From the NCBI GenBank assembly GCA_012439925.1, contig GCA_012439925.1_4519.1: a DNA stretch of 64,000 bases; one strand, 5' to 3'. This document shows positions 8,138 to 17,538 of the stretch, in pieces. Made by a program: the position numbers and the translations under genes. The notes below the pieces were generated by a model. That model did no database searches. It saw nothing but the letters and a program-made list of their open reading frames with translations, and had not been told where the DNA came from. Within the stretch, counting starts at the first letter, position 1. The number at the start of each line of letters is the position of its first letter. This stretch comes from a phage.

Positions 8138-10849
8138 ATGAAAGAATTTTACTTAACGGTTGAACAGATTGGTGATTCAATTTTTGAACGTTACATCGAT
8201 TCTAATGGCCGTGAACGTACTCGTGAAGTAGAATATAAACCATCACTGTTTGCTCATTGTCCAGAAAGTCAGGCTACGAAATATTTCGATATCTATGGTA
8301 AGCCGTGTACTCGTAAGTTGTTCGCTAATATGCGTGATGCCTCCCAATGGATTAAACGCATGGAAGATATCGGACTTGAAGCACTTGGCATGGACGATTT
8401 CAAATTGGCGTATTTGTCTGACACTTATAACTATGAAATCAAATACGACCATACAAAAATTCGTGTGGCTAACTTCGACATCGAAGTAACATCTCCGGAT
8501 GGGTTCCCTGAGCCGTCACAAGCAAAACATCCGATTGATGCTATCACCCATTATGACTCAATTGACGACAGGTTCTACGTATTTGATCTATTGAATTCTC
8601 CATATGGTAATGTAGAAGAATGGTCTATTGAAATCGCTGCTAAGCTTCAAGAACAAGGTGGTGATGAAGTTCCATCTGAAATTATCGATAAAATCATTTA
8701 TATGCCGTTCGATAACGAAAAAGAATTGTTGATGGAATATCTCAACTTCTGGCAACAGAAAACTCCTGTCATTTTGACTGGATGGAACGTCGAGTCATTT
8801 GATATTCCATATGTGTATAACCGAATCAAGAATATTTTTGGTGAATCTACTGCGAAACGTTTATCACCACATCGTAAAACTCGTGTTAAAGTTATCGAAA
8901 ACATGTATGGTTCTCGTGAAATCATTACATTGTTCGGTATCTCGGTTCTTGATTACATTGACCTTTACAAAAAATTCTCTTTCACAAACCAACCGTCGTA
9001 TTCTTTGGATTACATTTCAGAATTTGAATTGAATGTTGGTAAACTGAAATATGACGGCCCTATTTCTAAGCTTCGTGAAAGCAATCACCAACGATATATT
9101 TCTTATAACATTATCGACGTGTATCGTGTATTGCAAATTGATGCTAAGCGTCAGTTCATCAACTTGAGTTTGGACATGGGTTATTATGCTAAGATACAGA
9201 TTCAATCTGTGTTTAGCCCAATTAAAACATGGGATGCTATTATTTTTAATAGCCTTAAAGAGCAGAACAAGGTGATTCCACAAGGTCGTTCTCACCCGGT
9301 TCAACCTTATCCTGGCGCTTTTGTTAAGGAACCTATTCCAAATCGATACAAATATGTAATGAGTTTCGACCTTACATCTCTGTATCCAAGTATTATTCGC
9401 CAAGTGAATATTAGCCCGGAAACAATAGCAGGAACGTTTAAAGTAGCTCCATTGCATGATTATATTAACGCAATCGCTGAACGTCCTTCAGATGTGTACA
9501 GTTGTTCTCCTAACGGCATGATGTATTATAAAGATCGTGATGGTGTAGTTCCAACTGAAATCACTAAGGTCTTTAATCAACGTAAAGAACATAAAGGTTA
9601 CATGCTTGCAGCTCAACGTAACGGTGAAATAATTAAAGAGGCATTGCATAATCCTAATCTTTCTGTTGACGAACCATTAGATGTTGATTATCGTTTCGAC
9701 TTCAGTGATGAGATTAAAGAAAAGATTAAAAAGTTGTCTGCTAAATCTCTTAATGAAATGTTGTTTAGAGCTCAACGTACTGAAGTTGCAGGTATGACTG
9801 CACAAATTAACCGTAAATTGCTTATCAACTCACTTTATGGTGCACTTGGCAACGTCTGGTTCCGTTATTATGATTTGCGTAATGCTACTGCAATCACAAC
9901 ATTCGGACAAATGGCTTTACAGTGGATTGAACGTAAAGTTAATGAATATCTGAATGAAGTTTGTGGTACAGAAGGTGAAGCTTTCGTTCTATATGGTGAT
10001 ACAGACTCCATTTATGTATCTGCAGATAAAATTATTGATAAGGTTGGTGAATCTAAATTCCGTGATACCAACCATTGGGTAGACTTCTTAGATAAGTTTG
10101 CACGTGAACGTATGGAACCTGCTATTGATAGAGGTTTCCGTGAAATGTGTGAATACATGAACAATAAACAACACTTAATGTTCATGGACCGAGAAGCTAT
10201 CGCTGGTCCTCCGCTCGGTTCTAAAGGTATTGGTGGATTCTGGACTGGTAAGAAACGTTATGCATTAAACGTGTGGGATATGGAAGGAACCAGATACGCT
10301 GAGCCTAAACTCAAAATCATGGGTCTCGAAACACAGAAATCTTCGACCCCTAAAGCAGTACAGAAAGCTCTTAAAGAATGTATTCGTCGTATGCTTCAAG
10401 AAGGTGAAGAATCATTACAAGAATATTTTAAAGAGTTTGAAAAAGAATTCCGTCAATTGGATTATATTAGCATCGCGTCGGTATCTTCTGCGAATAACAT
10501 TGCTAAATATGACGTTGGTGGATTCCCTGGCCCTAAATGTCCGTTCCATATTCGTGGAATTCTGACGTATAACCGGGCTATCAAAGGTAATATTGATGCT
10601 CCACAAGTTGTAGAAGGTGAAAAAGTATATGTTCTGCCTTTACGTGAAGGAAACCCATTCGGTGATAAATGTATCGCATGGCCTTCTGGTACTGAAATCA
10701 CAGATTTAATTAAAGACGACGTACTTCATTGGATGGACTACACTGTTCTCCTTGAGAAGACATTTATTAAACCACTTGAAGGATTCACATCAGCAGCGAA
10801 ACTCGATTACGAGAAGAAAGCATCTCTGTTCGATATGTTCGATTTTTGA
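8138..10849 (+). CDS. 43: DNA polymerase gp43 (family B)
   Basis: Exo motif FDIE, pol motifs LYPS and YGDTDS; 903 aa; the N-terminus MKEFYLTVEQIGDSIFERYIDSNGRERTRE is recognisably the RB69 polymerase. Confidence 0.95.
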   Translation: MKEFYLTVEQIGDSIFERYIDSNGRERTREVEYKPSLFAHCPESQATKYFDIYGKPCTRKLFANMRDASQWIKRMEDIGLEALGMDDFKLAYLSDTYNYEIKYDHTKIRVANFDIEVTSPDGFPEPSQAKHPIDAITHYDSIDDRFYVFDLLNSPYGNVEEWSIEIAAKLQEQGGDEVPSEIIDKIIYMPFDNEKELLMEYLNFWQQKTPVILTGWNVESFDIPYVYNRIKNIFGESTAKRLSPHRKTRVKVIENMYGSREIITLFGISVLDYIDLYKKFSFTNQPSYSLDYISEFELNVGKLKYDGPISKLRESNHQRYISYNIIDVYRVLQIDAKRQFINLSLDMGYYAKIQIQSVFSPIKTWDAIIFNSLKEQNKVIPQGRSHPVQPYPGAFVKEPIPNRYKYVMSFDLTSLYPSIIRQVNISPETIAGTFKVAPLHDYINAIAERPSDVYSCSPNGMMYYKDRDGVVPTEITKVFNQRKEHKGYMLAAQRNGEIIKEALHNPNLSVDEPLDVDYRFDFSDEIKEKIKKLSAKSLNEMLFRAQRTEVAGMTAQINRKLLINSLYGALGNVWFRYYDLRNATAITTFGQMALQWIERKVNEYLNEVCGTEGEAFVLYGDTDSIYVSADKIIDKVGESKFRDTNHWVDFLDKFARERMEPAIDRGFREMCEYMNNKQHLMFMDREAIAGPPLGSKGIGGFWTGKKRYALNVWDMEGTRYAEPKLKIMGLETQKSSTPKAVQKALKECIRRMLQEGEESLQEYFKEFEKEFRQLDYISIASVSSANNIAKYDVGGFPGPKCPFHIRGILTYNRAIKGNIDAPQVVEGEKVYVLPLREGNPFGDKCIAWPSGTEITDLIKDDVLHWMDYTVLLEKTFIKPLEGFTSAAKLDYEKKASLFDMFDF

Positions 10850-10889
10850 TATAATACCATGGACGGTAAACTAATTAAATGAGAGAAAT

Positions 10890-11525
10890 ATGAAAACTAC
10901 TCCTATTACTATCGCTATTGACGCAATCATAAAACAAGCTTCTTCTTTGGCCGCTATGGCCAAAGTAATTAGTCAAAACTCTGCCCGATATAATGCTATT
11001 CTTGAAACTCTTCGTCGCCCTGGACTGAGTAATTATGAAAGCCGAGTAATTATTACAGGTGTTGGTAAGAACGCTAATATCGCAACTAAAGCTTCTGAGA
11101 CATTTGCTTCACTCGGTATCCCAAGTATGTACTTGAACACCGGGCATTATTCTCACGGTGATGCAGGATTCATTGCGCCTAATGATGTGTTGATTCATAT
11201 TAGTCGTTCTGGTAAGACTGAAGAAATGATAGGCGTGGCTAAGCATCTTAAAATGATTCGTCCTCAGGTTAAACAGATTCTGTTACATTGTAACCCTGAC
11301 ATTCCGCAAGAATACGAAGCTCTTTTTGATTATACGTTCTGTACCGGCATCGCGGTAGAGGTTGATGAGAATTCTCTGGCTCCTACAATGTCCACTACAT
11401 TGTTGTTAGCGCTTATCGATACGTTCGCTATCAACCTTTCGTCTGAACGCGGATTTACCTCTAATGACTTCCTTAAGTTCCATCCAGGCGGTGCACTAGG
11501 TGCCATGTTACGAGGCGAACAATGA
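10890..11525 (+). CDS. SIS-domain sugar-phosphate isomerase (arabinose-5-phosphate isomerase KdsD/GutQ-like, no CBS domains)
   Basis: SIS signatures VIITGVGKNANIATKASETFASLG, HGDAGFIAPNDVLIHISRSGKTEE and APTMSTT align with the KdsD/KpsF N-terminal domain. Confidence 0.8.
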   Translation: MKTTPITIAIDAIIKQASSLAAMAKVISQNSARYNAILETLRRPGLSNYESRVIITGVGKNANIATKASETFASLGIPSMYLNTGHYSHGDAGFIAPNDVLIHISRSGKTEEMIGVAKHLKMIRPQVKQILLHCNPDIPQEYEALFDYTFCTGIAVEVDENSLAPTMSTTLLLALIDTFAINLSSERGFTSNDFLKFHPGGALGAMLRGEQ

Positions 11526-11665
11526 AAGCAATAACAATAGGACTTTTACTATTGATGCTTGCCATGACTATCTACTGGAGCTTAACGGCTCCAGTAATGA
11601 TTCCGACTCTTATAATCGGATGGATTATGATTGGACTACAAGCAAAGTATGAATGCTTTAACTAG
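11522..11665 (+). CDS. Small hydrophobic peptide (47 aa, predicted membrane)
   Basis: ATGA overlap with the isomerase stop; MKAITIGLLLLMLAMTIYW...; below the ORF-track cutoff. Confidence 0.3.
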   Translation: MKAITIGLLLLMLAMTIYWSLTAPVMIPTLIIGWIMIGLQAKYECFN

Positions 11666-11678
11666 AATAGTGTACAAT
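11652..11678 (+). promoter_or_regulatory. MotA-box middle promoter candidate
   Basis: TGCTTTA, 12-nt spacer, TACAAT upstream of the 11707 gene. Confidence 0.4.
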
Positions 11679-11706
11679 ACACCTACTTACCAATGAGGAC
11701 CACAAC

Positions 11707-13392
11707 ATGAAAAAAGCTGTTATTCTTGGTGCTGGACTGGCAACTCGTTTGTATCCAATAACGCACCATATTCCTAAGGTGCTTGTTAACTATAAACAAG
11801 ACACTATTCTGAGCAATTTGTATACAATTTATTCTGACCTTGGTGCAGATGAAATTATTGTAGTAGTTCATTCAAAATTTGTTGAAACTGTTCGAGCTTA
11901 TTGTGAGCAAGAAGGGTTCAATGTGACTATTCGTACAGTTGATGAAGCGTATGGTTCTGCTTATGCTCTTGCTAAATTATACAAAGATTTAGATGGCCAT
12001 AACGTAATTGTTAACTGGTGTGATATTATTCCTGATTTTGGTTCATGGTCTTGGAATGTTAACGCAATCTATGTTAAGGGTGATGAATGTCGATATAATT
12101 TCGATGGTGAAAATATCACTAACGTAGGTTCAACAGGCGGTAATGTTGTAGGAATTTATCAGTTCAAAGACTGGGAATTCTACATGGGTTCTACTGATGA
12201 GGAAATTCACGAATACTGCAAAGGACGTGATTTCGTAGAATTCCTTTACGGCAGTGCATTCAATAAATCAGAGCTTATGAATCTAATTGATTTAGGTGAT
12301 ATGCCTAAACTTGAAAAGGCTCATGAAGTTCGTGAACTGAATCGTAGTTTTAATGCAGTTGAAATTGGCGAAGAAACTGTAACTAAATTCGCGTTAACCG
12401 AACAAGGTCGAGCTCTTCAAAAAGATGAGATTTCATGGTATTTGAAAGTGAAATCAGATTCAGTTCCTCAGTTAGTTTCGGTAAATGAAAATAATTTTGA
12501 AATGGAACGCATTAAAGGTAAGCCAGCATTTGAATATATTAAATCCAAATCAAGTCTTGCTCGTCCACAAATTGTTGATGCAATTTTAGATGCACTGAAA
12601 TTCAGCACAGACACTTATTTTGTAAGTCCTGAAACTGTTCGTCGTGATTTCACTAAAGAATTCTATACGAAAGTTATTGATCGTTGTGAAAGCATTCAAC
12701 CATTGATTGATTCATTTGGTAAAATCACACATGTGAACTACACTAAGATTGGACGGCTGAAGCCAATGCTGAAACAAGCTTTAGAACACCTTATTCGTTA
12801 TCATAACCGTTCTCAGGGACAGTACTCTGTTATTCACGGTGACCCAAACTTCAGTAATACTATGATTACTGATAACGGCGAAGTCAAGTTTATCGACCCT
12901 CGTGGATATTTTGGTGAAACCAAGATTTACGGGCCAAAATTGTATGATGAAGCTAAAGTGCTTTATGCTGTTTCAGGTTATGATGAATTCAACGCTAATC
13001 CGACCTGGGGCCAGTTTACTATTGATGAAACAACTTGTAATGTGACTATTAACATCAATCCATTAGTTTACAAATATGGAAAGATGAGTTCGTTTAACGA
13101 GTATCATCATTTGGCAGTGGCAATTATCTGGATTGCATTAGGTGGTTATTTCAAGAATAATCCACTTAAAGCGGTAGCCGCATATTATAAAGGTATGGAA
13201 CTTCTAACTAAGCAATTACGTAACATGGGCCGTGTACTTCAAGACGGCTCTATTAGTTATGACGTAGCAGAACCTGTAACGGCTACTCTGATTACAAAAA
13301 ATCCTGGTAAATGGGTACTAACTGATAAAGAAACTGGTGTTTCCTATCGTCCAATCGGTGGCGATATCACTCATCAATGGGAACGAATCTAA
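11707..13392 (+). CDS. Bifunctional sugar-1-phosphate nucleotidyltransferase / anomeric sugar kinase (MurU-AmgK-like fusion)
   Basis: N-terminal MKKAVILGAGLATRLYPIT is the sugar nucleotidyltransferase G-x-G-x-R-L motif; C-terminal HGDPNFSNTMI ... KFIDPRG are the Brenner (HxDxxxxN) and DFG-like motifs of APH/choline-kinase-fold kinases. Confidence 0.75.
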   Translation: MKKAVILGAGLATRLYPITHHIPKVLVNYKQDTILSNLYTIYSDLGADEIIVVVHSKFVETVRAYCEQEGFNVTIRTVDEAYGSAYALAKLYKDLDGHNVIVNWCDIIPDFGSWSWNVNAIYVKGDECRYNFDGENITNVGSTGGNVVGIYQFKDWEFYMGSTDEEIHEYCKGRDFVEFLYGSAFNKSELMNLIDLGDMPKLEKAHEVRELNRSFNAVEIGEETVTKFALTEQGRALQKDEISWYLKVKSDSVPQLVSVNENNFEMERIKGKPAFEYIKSKSSLARPQIVDAILDALKFSTDTYFVSPETVRRDFTKEFYTKVIDRCESIQPLIDSFGKITHVNYTKIGRLKPMLKQALEHLIRYHNRSQGQYSVIHGDPNFSNTMITDNGEVKFIDPRGYFGETKIYGPKLYDEAKVLYAVSGYDEFNANPTWGQFTIDETTCNVTININPLVYKYGKMSSFNEYHHLAVAIIWIALGGYFKNNPLKAVAAYYKGMELLTKQLRNMGRVLQDGSISYDVAEPVTATLITKNPGKWVLTDKETGVSYRPIGGDITHQWERI

Positions 13393-13778
13393 TGCACCGT
13401 GTAGAAAACATGCTTAATCTTTGTTTTGATGTCGATGATTGTATAACAGAGTGGAATAACAATCGTGATTACGTGAACTTCAAACCAGACGTAGAAATGG
13501 TGACCGCCATTAATGCCCTGTATGATGCAGGGCATACCATAACGCTTTACACTGCTCGCGGTATGAAGTCAGTAGGTCCTGGACGTATAGCAATTGACAT
13601 TCTCCCAAGTCTGATTCAGAACTTGGCAAACATTGGCTTGAAGTACCATAATTTGCTAACACATAAACCAGTATATGATTGGATTATCGACGACAAAGCT
13701 ATGCGTCCTGACGAATTCAAAGCTCTTATGAATAAAGGCGAATTCGAAACATTTAAATCGTATAAACCGAATCTATAA
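13392..13778 (+). CDS. HAD-like phosphatase
   Basis: N-terminal LCFDVDDCIT (HAD motif I-like), TLYTARG, WIIDDK (motif IV-like); TAATG overlap with the upstream gene. An alternative ATG at 13377 exists. Confidence 0.55.
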   Translation: MHRVENMLNLCFDVDDCITEWNNNRDYVNFKPDVEMVTAINALYDAGHTITLYTARGMKSVGPGRIAIDILPSLIQNLANIGLKYHNLLTHKPVYDWIIDDKAMRPDEFKALMNKGEFETFKSYKPNL

Positions 13779-13835
13779 TAATTTAAGTAAGACCTGCAAA
13801 AAACCATCGCATCAATTAACGTGAGATGCAAAAAA

Positions 13836-14996
13836 ATGAATACTTTTAAAATCGGAACGAATTTTGATTTAGCTCTTCTTGATAAAATCGTAGAGCTCAA
13901 TAAAACTTATCCTAATAGCTTGATAAACGAAGTATATGGCTCTACAAGAGAAATGGCTTTTGTAGCAGCCAGACCTGATTTTAGGCTTCCTGACGTTGAC
14001 AAAAAGATGTTAGAAGACTACGTTAAACGTTGTAACGAATTAGGTATTTGCTTTAACTATACACTCAACACGATAAATCCTGGTTCAAAAAGAGAACTAG
14101 TTGAGTGGAAGAAGAAAGCTATTCAGGATTATGTTCAGTATCTTTGGTCAATAGGCGTATGGCGTATTACTATCGCTAACCCTGTTGTTATGGAAATTGT
14201 TCGTGAAGTCAATAAAGATATTGAGATTGAAGTTTCAACAATTCTACATGTTGATGCTGTAACTCAAATCAAATACTTGCATGACCAATATAACATCAAA
14301 AAGGTCTGTTGCGGAATTCATAAGAACCGTTCAGTTTCTTTCCTGAAGCGTGCAGCAGAGTTTTGCAATAAGAACAATATAATATTTGAAGTTCTTGTAA
14401 ATGAGTTCTGTTCTAATGCTGGTAAAGGGTATACAACACATTGTAGCTATCGTGACTCTTGCTATATTTTCCATAGTACTGATGTTACCGCTGATGATGC
14501 TAAATCCTTAAATGGATATCCTATGCAGCACTGTATTAAAGCTCGTGATACAGACCCATTTAACTGGCTGAGAACTCGTTTTGTTCGTCCTCAAGATTTG
14601 AAACTTTATAATGATATTGGTATCACTCAATTCAAAGTTTCAGGACGTACAGGTAGCACAGACTACATTTTGAAAGTTCTTGAAGCATACGCTTCTGAAA
14701 AGTTTGAAGGTAATTTGTTAGAACTGTGGAAGCCTTTAGAGACTATTTTCACTCTTGAAAATGAGACTGAGTTTTCACATACAGTAAATATTGAAACCTC
14801 TTTGTTAGATGGCTTTTTAGAAAAAAGGTGGTTCAGACATCCAGATTTTGATTGTGCTAATGAAATCTGTGGGTCAACGTGTACATATTGTGAAAGGTAT
14901 TATAAACGTCAATTATCTAAAAACGGGTTAGCAGAAAACTCCATATCTATTATTGATATAACTAACTCTGATGACGCTTTGAGGTACCCGGAATGA
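13836..14996 (+). CDS. U32-family protein (peptidase U32 / RlhA-TrhP-UbiU-like fold)
   Basis: Blockwise correspondence with U32 proteins (RPDFRLP ... GICFNYTLNTIN ... NPVVMEIVRE ... EVSTILHVDA ... FEVLVNEFCS) plus a C-terminal Cys cluster CANEICGSTCTYC. The ORF-track start at 13821 is GTG; the first ATG is 13836. Confidence 0.6.
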   Translation: MNTFKIGTNFDLALLDKIVELNKTYPNSLINEVYGSTREMAFVAARPDFRLPDVDKKMLEDYVKRCNELGICFNYTLNTINPGSKRELVEWKKKAIQDYVQYLWSIGVWRITIANPVVMEIVREVNKDIEIEVSTILHVDAVTQIKYLHDQYNIKKVCCGIHKNRSVSFLKRAAEFCNKNNIIFEVLVNEFCSNAGKGYTTHCSYRDSCYIFHSTDVTADDAKSLNGYPMQHCIKARDTDPFNWLRTRFVRPQDLKLYNDIGITQFKVSGRTGSTDYILKVLEAYASEKFEGNLLELWKPLETIFTLENETEFSHTVNIETSLLDGFLEKRWFRHPDFDCANEICGSTCTYCERYYKRQLSKNGLAENSISIIDITNSDDALRYPE

Positions 14997-15232
14997 TTTC
15001 TAGAAAAAGTTTTAATTATAAACTTAACGAAGAGATTTTGACTATGAAACTGAACACTAACGAACAAATTCTTAAAAAGGCCCTTATGGGCCTGTTTGAA
15101 ACCAAAGCGGCTAAAGTGATTAAAGAACCTGTTCAATTGGAATACTACACTGATGCATTCCTTCATAGTGTTCTTGGAAGTATAGATTCTGAAGCTTTAC
15201 GGTATATCAACACTGCCAAGAAATTCAAATAA
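14993..15232 (+). CDS. Hypothetical protein
   Basis: ATGA overlap with the U32 gene; GAGG SD. Confidence 0.45.
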   Translation: MISRKSFNYKLNEEILTMKLNTNEQILKKALMGLFETKAAKVIKEPVQLEYYTDAFLHSVLGSIDSEALRYINTAKKFK

Positions 15233-15256
15233 GCTTTACGAATTGAGTATATAATA
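15230..15256 (+). promoter_or_regulatory. Middle-promoter-like element upstream of gene 42
   Basis: AAGCTTTAC (one mismatch to the MotA box), 11-nt spacer, TATAAT. Confidence 0.35.
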
Positions 15257-15274
15257 AATTGTATTGAGGTAAAC

Positions 15275-15991
15275 ATGGGAAAACATAACACAATGAAATA
15301 TATCAAAGCCGCAGATTTTCAAACCGCATTTAAAGCAGTCAATCGTGAAATTTTAGAAAACCCGGAATTCGTAACTGATTCTCGTATTGGACGTTGTAAT
15401 GAAATTGGGTCTATGACAGTAGTTGTTGACACTCCATCATCATTCAAAATGACCGACCCACGTATTAACCGCATCTCTTATGAATATGCCGAAGACTTCT
15501 GGAAGTTTATGATTTCTGGTGGTACCAACGCAGAAGAAGCGTTTAAGGCATATCCTAATGTCGCTAAATTTATTTCTAAACCAAAATCAGATGTTTTGCC
15601 GGCGAACTTCAACACTTTCTATGGTCCTCGCATTGCGGCCCAATTACCAACTCTTCTAAAAGAACTTAAAGAAAAACCTAACTCTCGAAGAGTTGTGTTC
15701 CAAATTCTAGAAAGTTCTGATCAGGCTTTGCTTGATTCGGACGAAACACTTGAATATCCATGTACTGACTCAGTAACTTATTATATTCGTGATGGTAAGC
15801 TTTATACCCACTGTCATATGCGTTCTCAGAACTGTGCTGTTGTTATGCAGTTGGATTTTTATCTCCAAGGAAAATTACTTCATTATATCGCTAACGAATG
15901 CGGTGTAGAAGTTGGTGATTATACTCATACCATGGTAAGTGCCCATGTGTTTGAACGTGATTTTGATTATGTTAAAGGATTCCTTGACTAA
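15275..15991 (+). CDS. 42: dCMP hydroxymethylase gp42 (thymidylate-synthase fold)
   Basis: TS-superfamily core PCTDSVTYYIRDGKLYTHCHMRSQNCAVVMQLDFYLQ (catalytic Cys and the RS(Q/N) block); 238 aa; located between 43 and uvsX as in T4. Confidence 0.7.
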   Translation: MGKHNTMKYIKAADFQTAFKAVNREILENPEFVTDSRIGRCNEIGSMTVVVDTPSSFKMTDPRINRISYEYAEDFWKFMISGGTNAEEAFKAYPNVAKFISKPKSDVLPANFNTFYGPRIAAQLPTLLKELKEKPNSRRVVFQILESSDQALLDSDETLEYPCTDSVTYYIRDGKLYTHCHMRSQNCAVVMQLDFYLQGKLLHYIANECGVEVGDYTHTMVSAHVFERDFDYVKGFLD

Positions 15992-16890
15992 TGGCTATTT
16001 TCCGCGTACCTATCTTGAGTATGCGGTCTTATGAAACTGGACAGTATGCTATCCTTAAGGATGGCAACTTCCAACTTCATTTGCACCGTGCTAATCCGGG
16101 TGATGCGATTACATATCCACGTAATGCATCTGATATTAAAGAATGCGAACGTCTTTTCCCAGAATTTAAGTTTGTTCCATTATGGTATAAAGATAACGCG
16201 TATAACACTCGTAAATATTTCTGGACTGAAAATGAATTTGTAGTTGATTCATTAATTGATTATTATGATTGTGATTTTCTAATCACAGATATCACCGGTT
16301 ATGGCGGCGCTTTTGATGTGGAATTCAATTTCAATATCACTGCAGACCCTAATAAACCACGCTTTTATATTGATGAATTCTTAAAAACCGATATGTTGTC
16401 AGTTAATCGTTCACTTCAAACTACTGTGTTGAATGAACGTCAAAAGGAAGTGCTGGTTAACGCAGGTGCAGATGGTAATAAGATTATTGTAACGCAGAAA
16501 GTTATACGTCCTTCCATCATGCAGCGTCTTGTAGGTGATTTGGCTCCTATTCATCTAGATGGTATTTTTCATCCATTTCGAATTAGTGACCCATGTTATC
16601 GTTTTGAACAAGTGGTTGAATGTGCAATTCAATTAGGTCAACCGCTTTATATAACTGATCCAAATAATAGCTTTGACAGAAATAAGTATCCTGAAGAAGC
16701 GCTGATTCGAATTTTTAAACCAACTAAAACTGAGTACTATCAAATTCTTAAAGGACGTCCGAAGATTCAATATTTCGAAAATCCTGAAGAAGTATTCCAT
16801 CCAGGTCTTGGTGAGTTCATCTACTTTAATGCTTTAATTTCTTCACCGTATAATATACCTAAATACGAAGATGTCGTAATCGAGGAATAA
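15991..16890 (+). CDS. Hypothetical protein (299 aa) at the beta-gt locus
   Basis: TAATG overlap with gene 42; occupies the position of beta-glucosyltransferase in T4 but has no similarity to it that I can see. Confidence 0.6.
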   Translation: MAIFRVPILSMRSYETGQYAILKDGNFQLHLHRANPGDAITYPRNASDIKECERLFPEFKFVPLWYKDNAYNTRKYFWTENEFVVDSLIDYYDCDFLITDITGYGGAFDVEFNFNITADPNKPRFYIDEFLKTDMLSVNRSLQTTVLNERQKEVLVNAGADGNKIIVTQKVIRPSIMQRLVGDLAPIHLDGIFHPFRISDPCYRFEQVVECAIQLGQPLYITDPNNSFDRNKYPEEALIRIFKPTKTEYYQILKGRPKIQYFENPEEVFHPGLGEFIYFNALISSPYNIPKYEDVVIEE

Positions 16891-16891
16891 A

Positions 16892-17440
16892 ATGGCTAAA
16901 ATTATTTTAGTAGACGGCCCAGATAATGCTGGTAAAACAACTTTCATTAATGACATAATGGAAATTAGTGAAAGATATGTAAAGATTGATTTCCCTAAAC
17001 GAACAGTTGATGGACGTTTCGATGTTAAGTCTCGAAATGAAGTTGGTTGTTTCGAAACGATGTTGAATTATTTAGACCCTACTAAGATTTATCTGTTAGA
17101 CCGTGGATATATTAGTAACTGGGTTTATGGACGTATTCGACAAGATGCGGACTCGGTTCTTGACGTTTATGAACAGGACTATGTTCGTCTTTGCCAAAAC
17201 CATGATGTGTTCACAATTATTTTAACACGTAACGAAATGACTGAAAGTTTTGAAGACGACCTTATTACTTTGTCTTCATTCGGTTTTAATACAGTCATTT
17301 CACATTTTGAAGAGTTTGCAATTCATAACAAAATCCAAACGTATCAATTACTTAATCATGATGGTTCTAACAAAGTTATAGGATTTAATGCAAGCGAACG
17401 TAATAATTTGATTACAGAAATCATCAAATGGGCTCGTTAA
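16892..17440 (+). CDS. Thymidylate-kinase-like P-loop nucleotide kinase
   Basis: P-loop IILVDGPDNAGKTT and LLDRGYISNWVYG resembling the TMPK DR(Y/H)xxSxxAY motif. Confidence 0.5.
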   Translation: MAKIILVDGPDNAGKTTFINDIMEISERYVKIDFPKRTVDGRFDVKSRNEVGCFETMLNYLDPTKIYLLDRGYISNWVYGRIRQDADSVLDVYEQDYVRLCQNHDVFTIILTRNEMTESFEDDLITLSSFGFNTVISHFEEFAIHNKIQTYQLLNHDGSNKVIGFNASERNNLITEIIKWAR

Positions 17441-17538
17441 GAGCCATTTAAAGTTTTAAATGCTGTATAACCCTTAGTATATAATCGTCTTATCTTTTAA
17501 ACATGAGTAAAATATAATGATGCCTATGGAAAAATACA

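Noticed and set aside
9017-9457. Antisense ORFs inside large genes, for example 9017..9457 within gene 43, 3025..3513 within gene 46 and 40153..40530 within rIIA
   Set aside because: Fully embedded opposite-strand ORFs without RBS or promoter and with low-complexity products; typical shadow ORFs of AT-rich coding sequence.
13377-13391. Upstream ATG at 13377 as the start of the HAD-like phosphatase
   Set aside because: The ATG at 13392 forms a TAATG stop/start overlap with the upstream gene, typical translational coupling in this genome; the 13377 start would add five residues and is kept only as an alternative.
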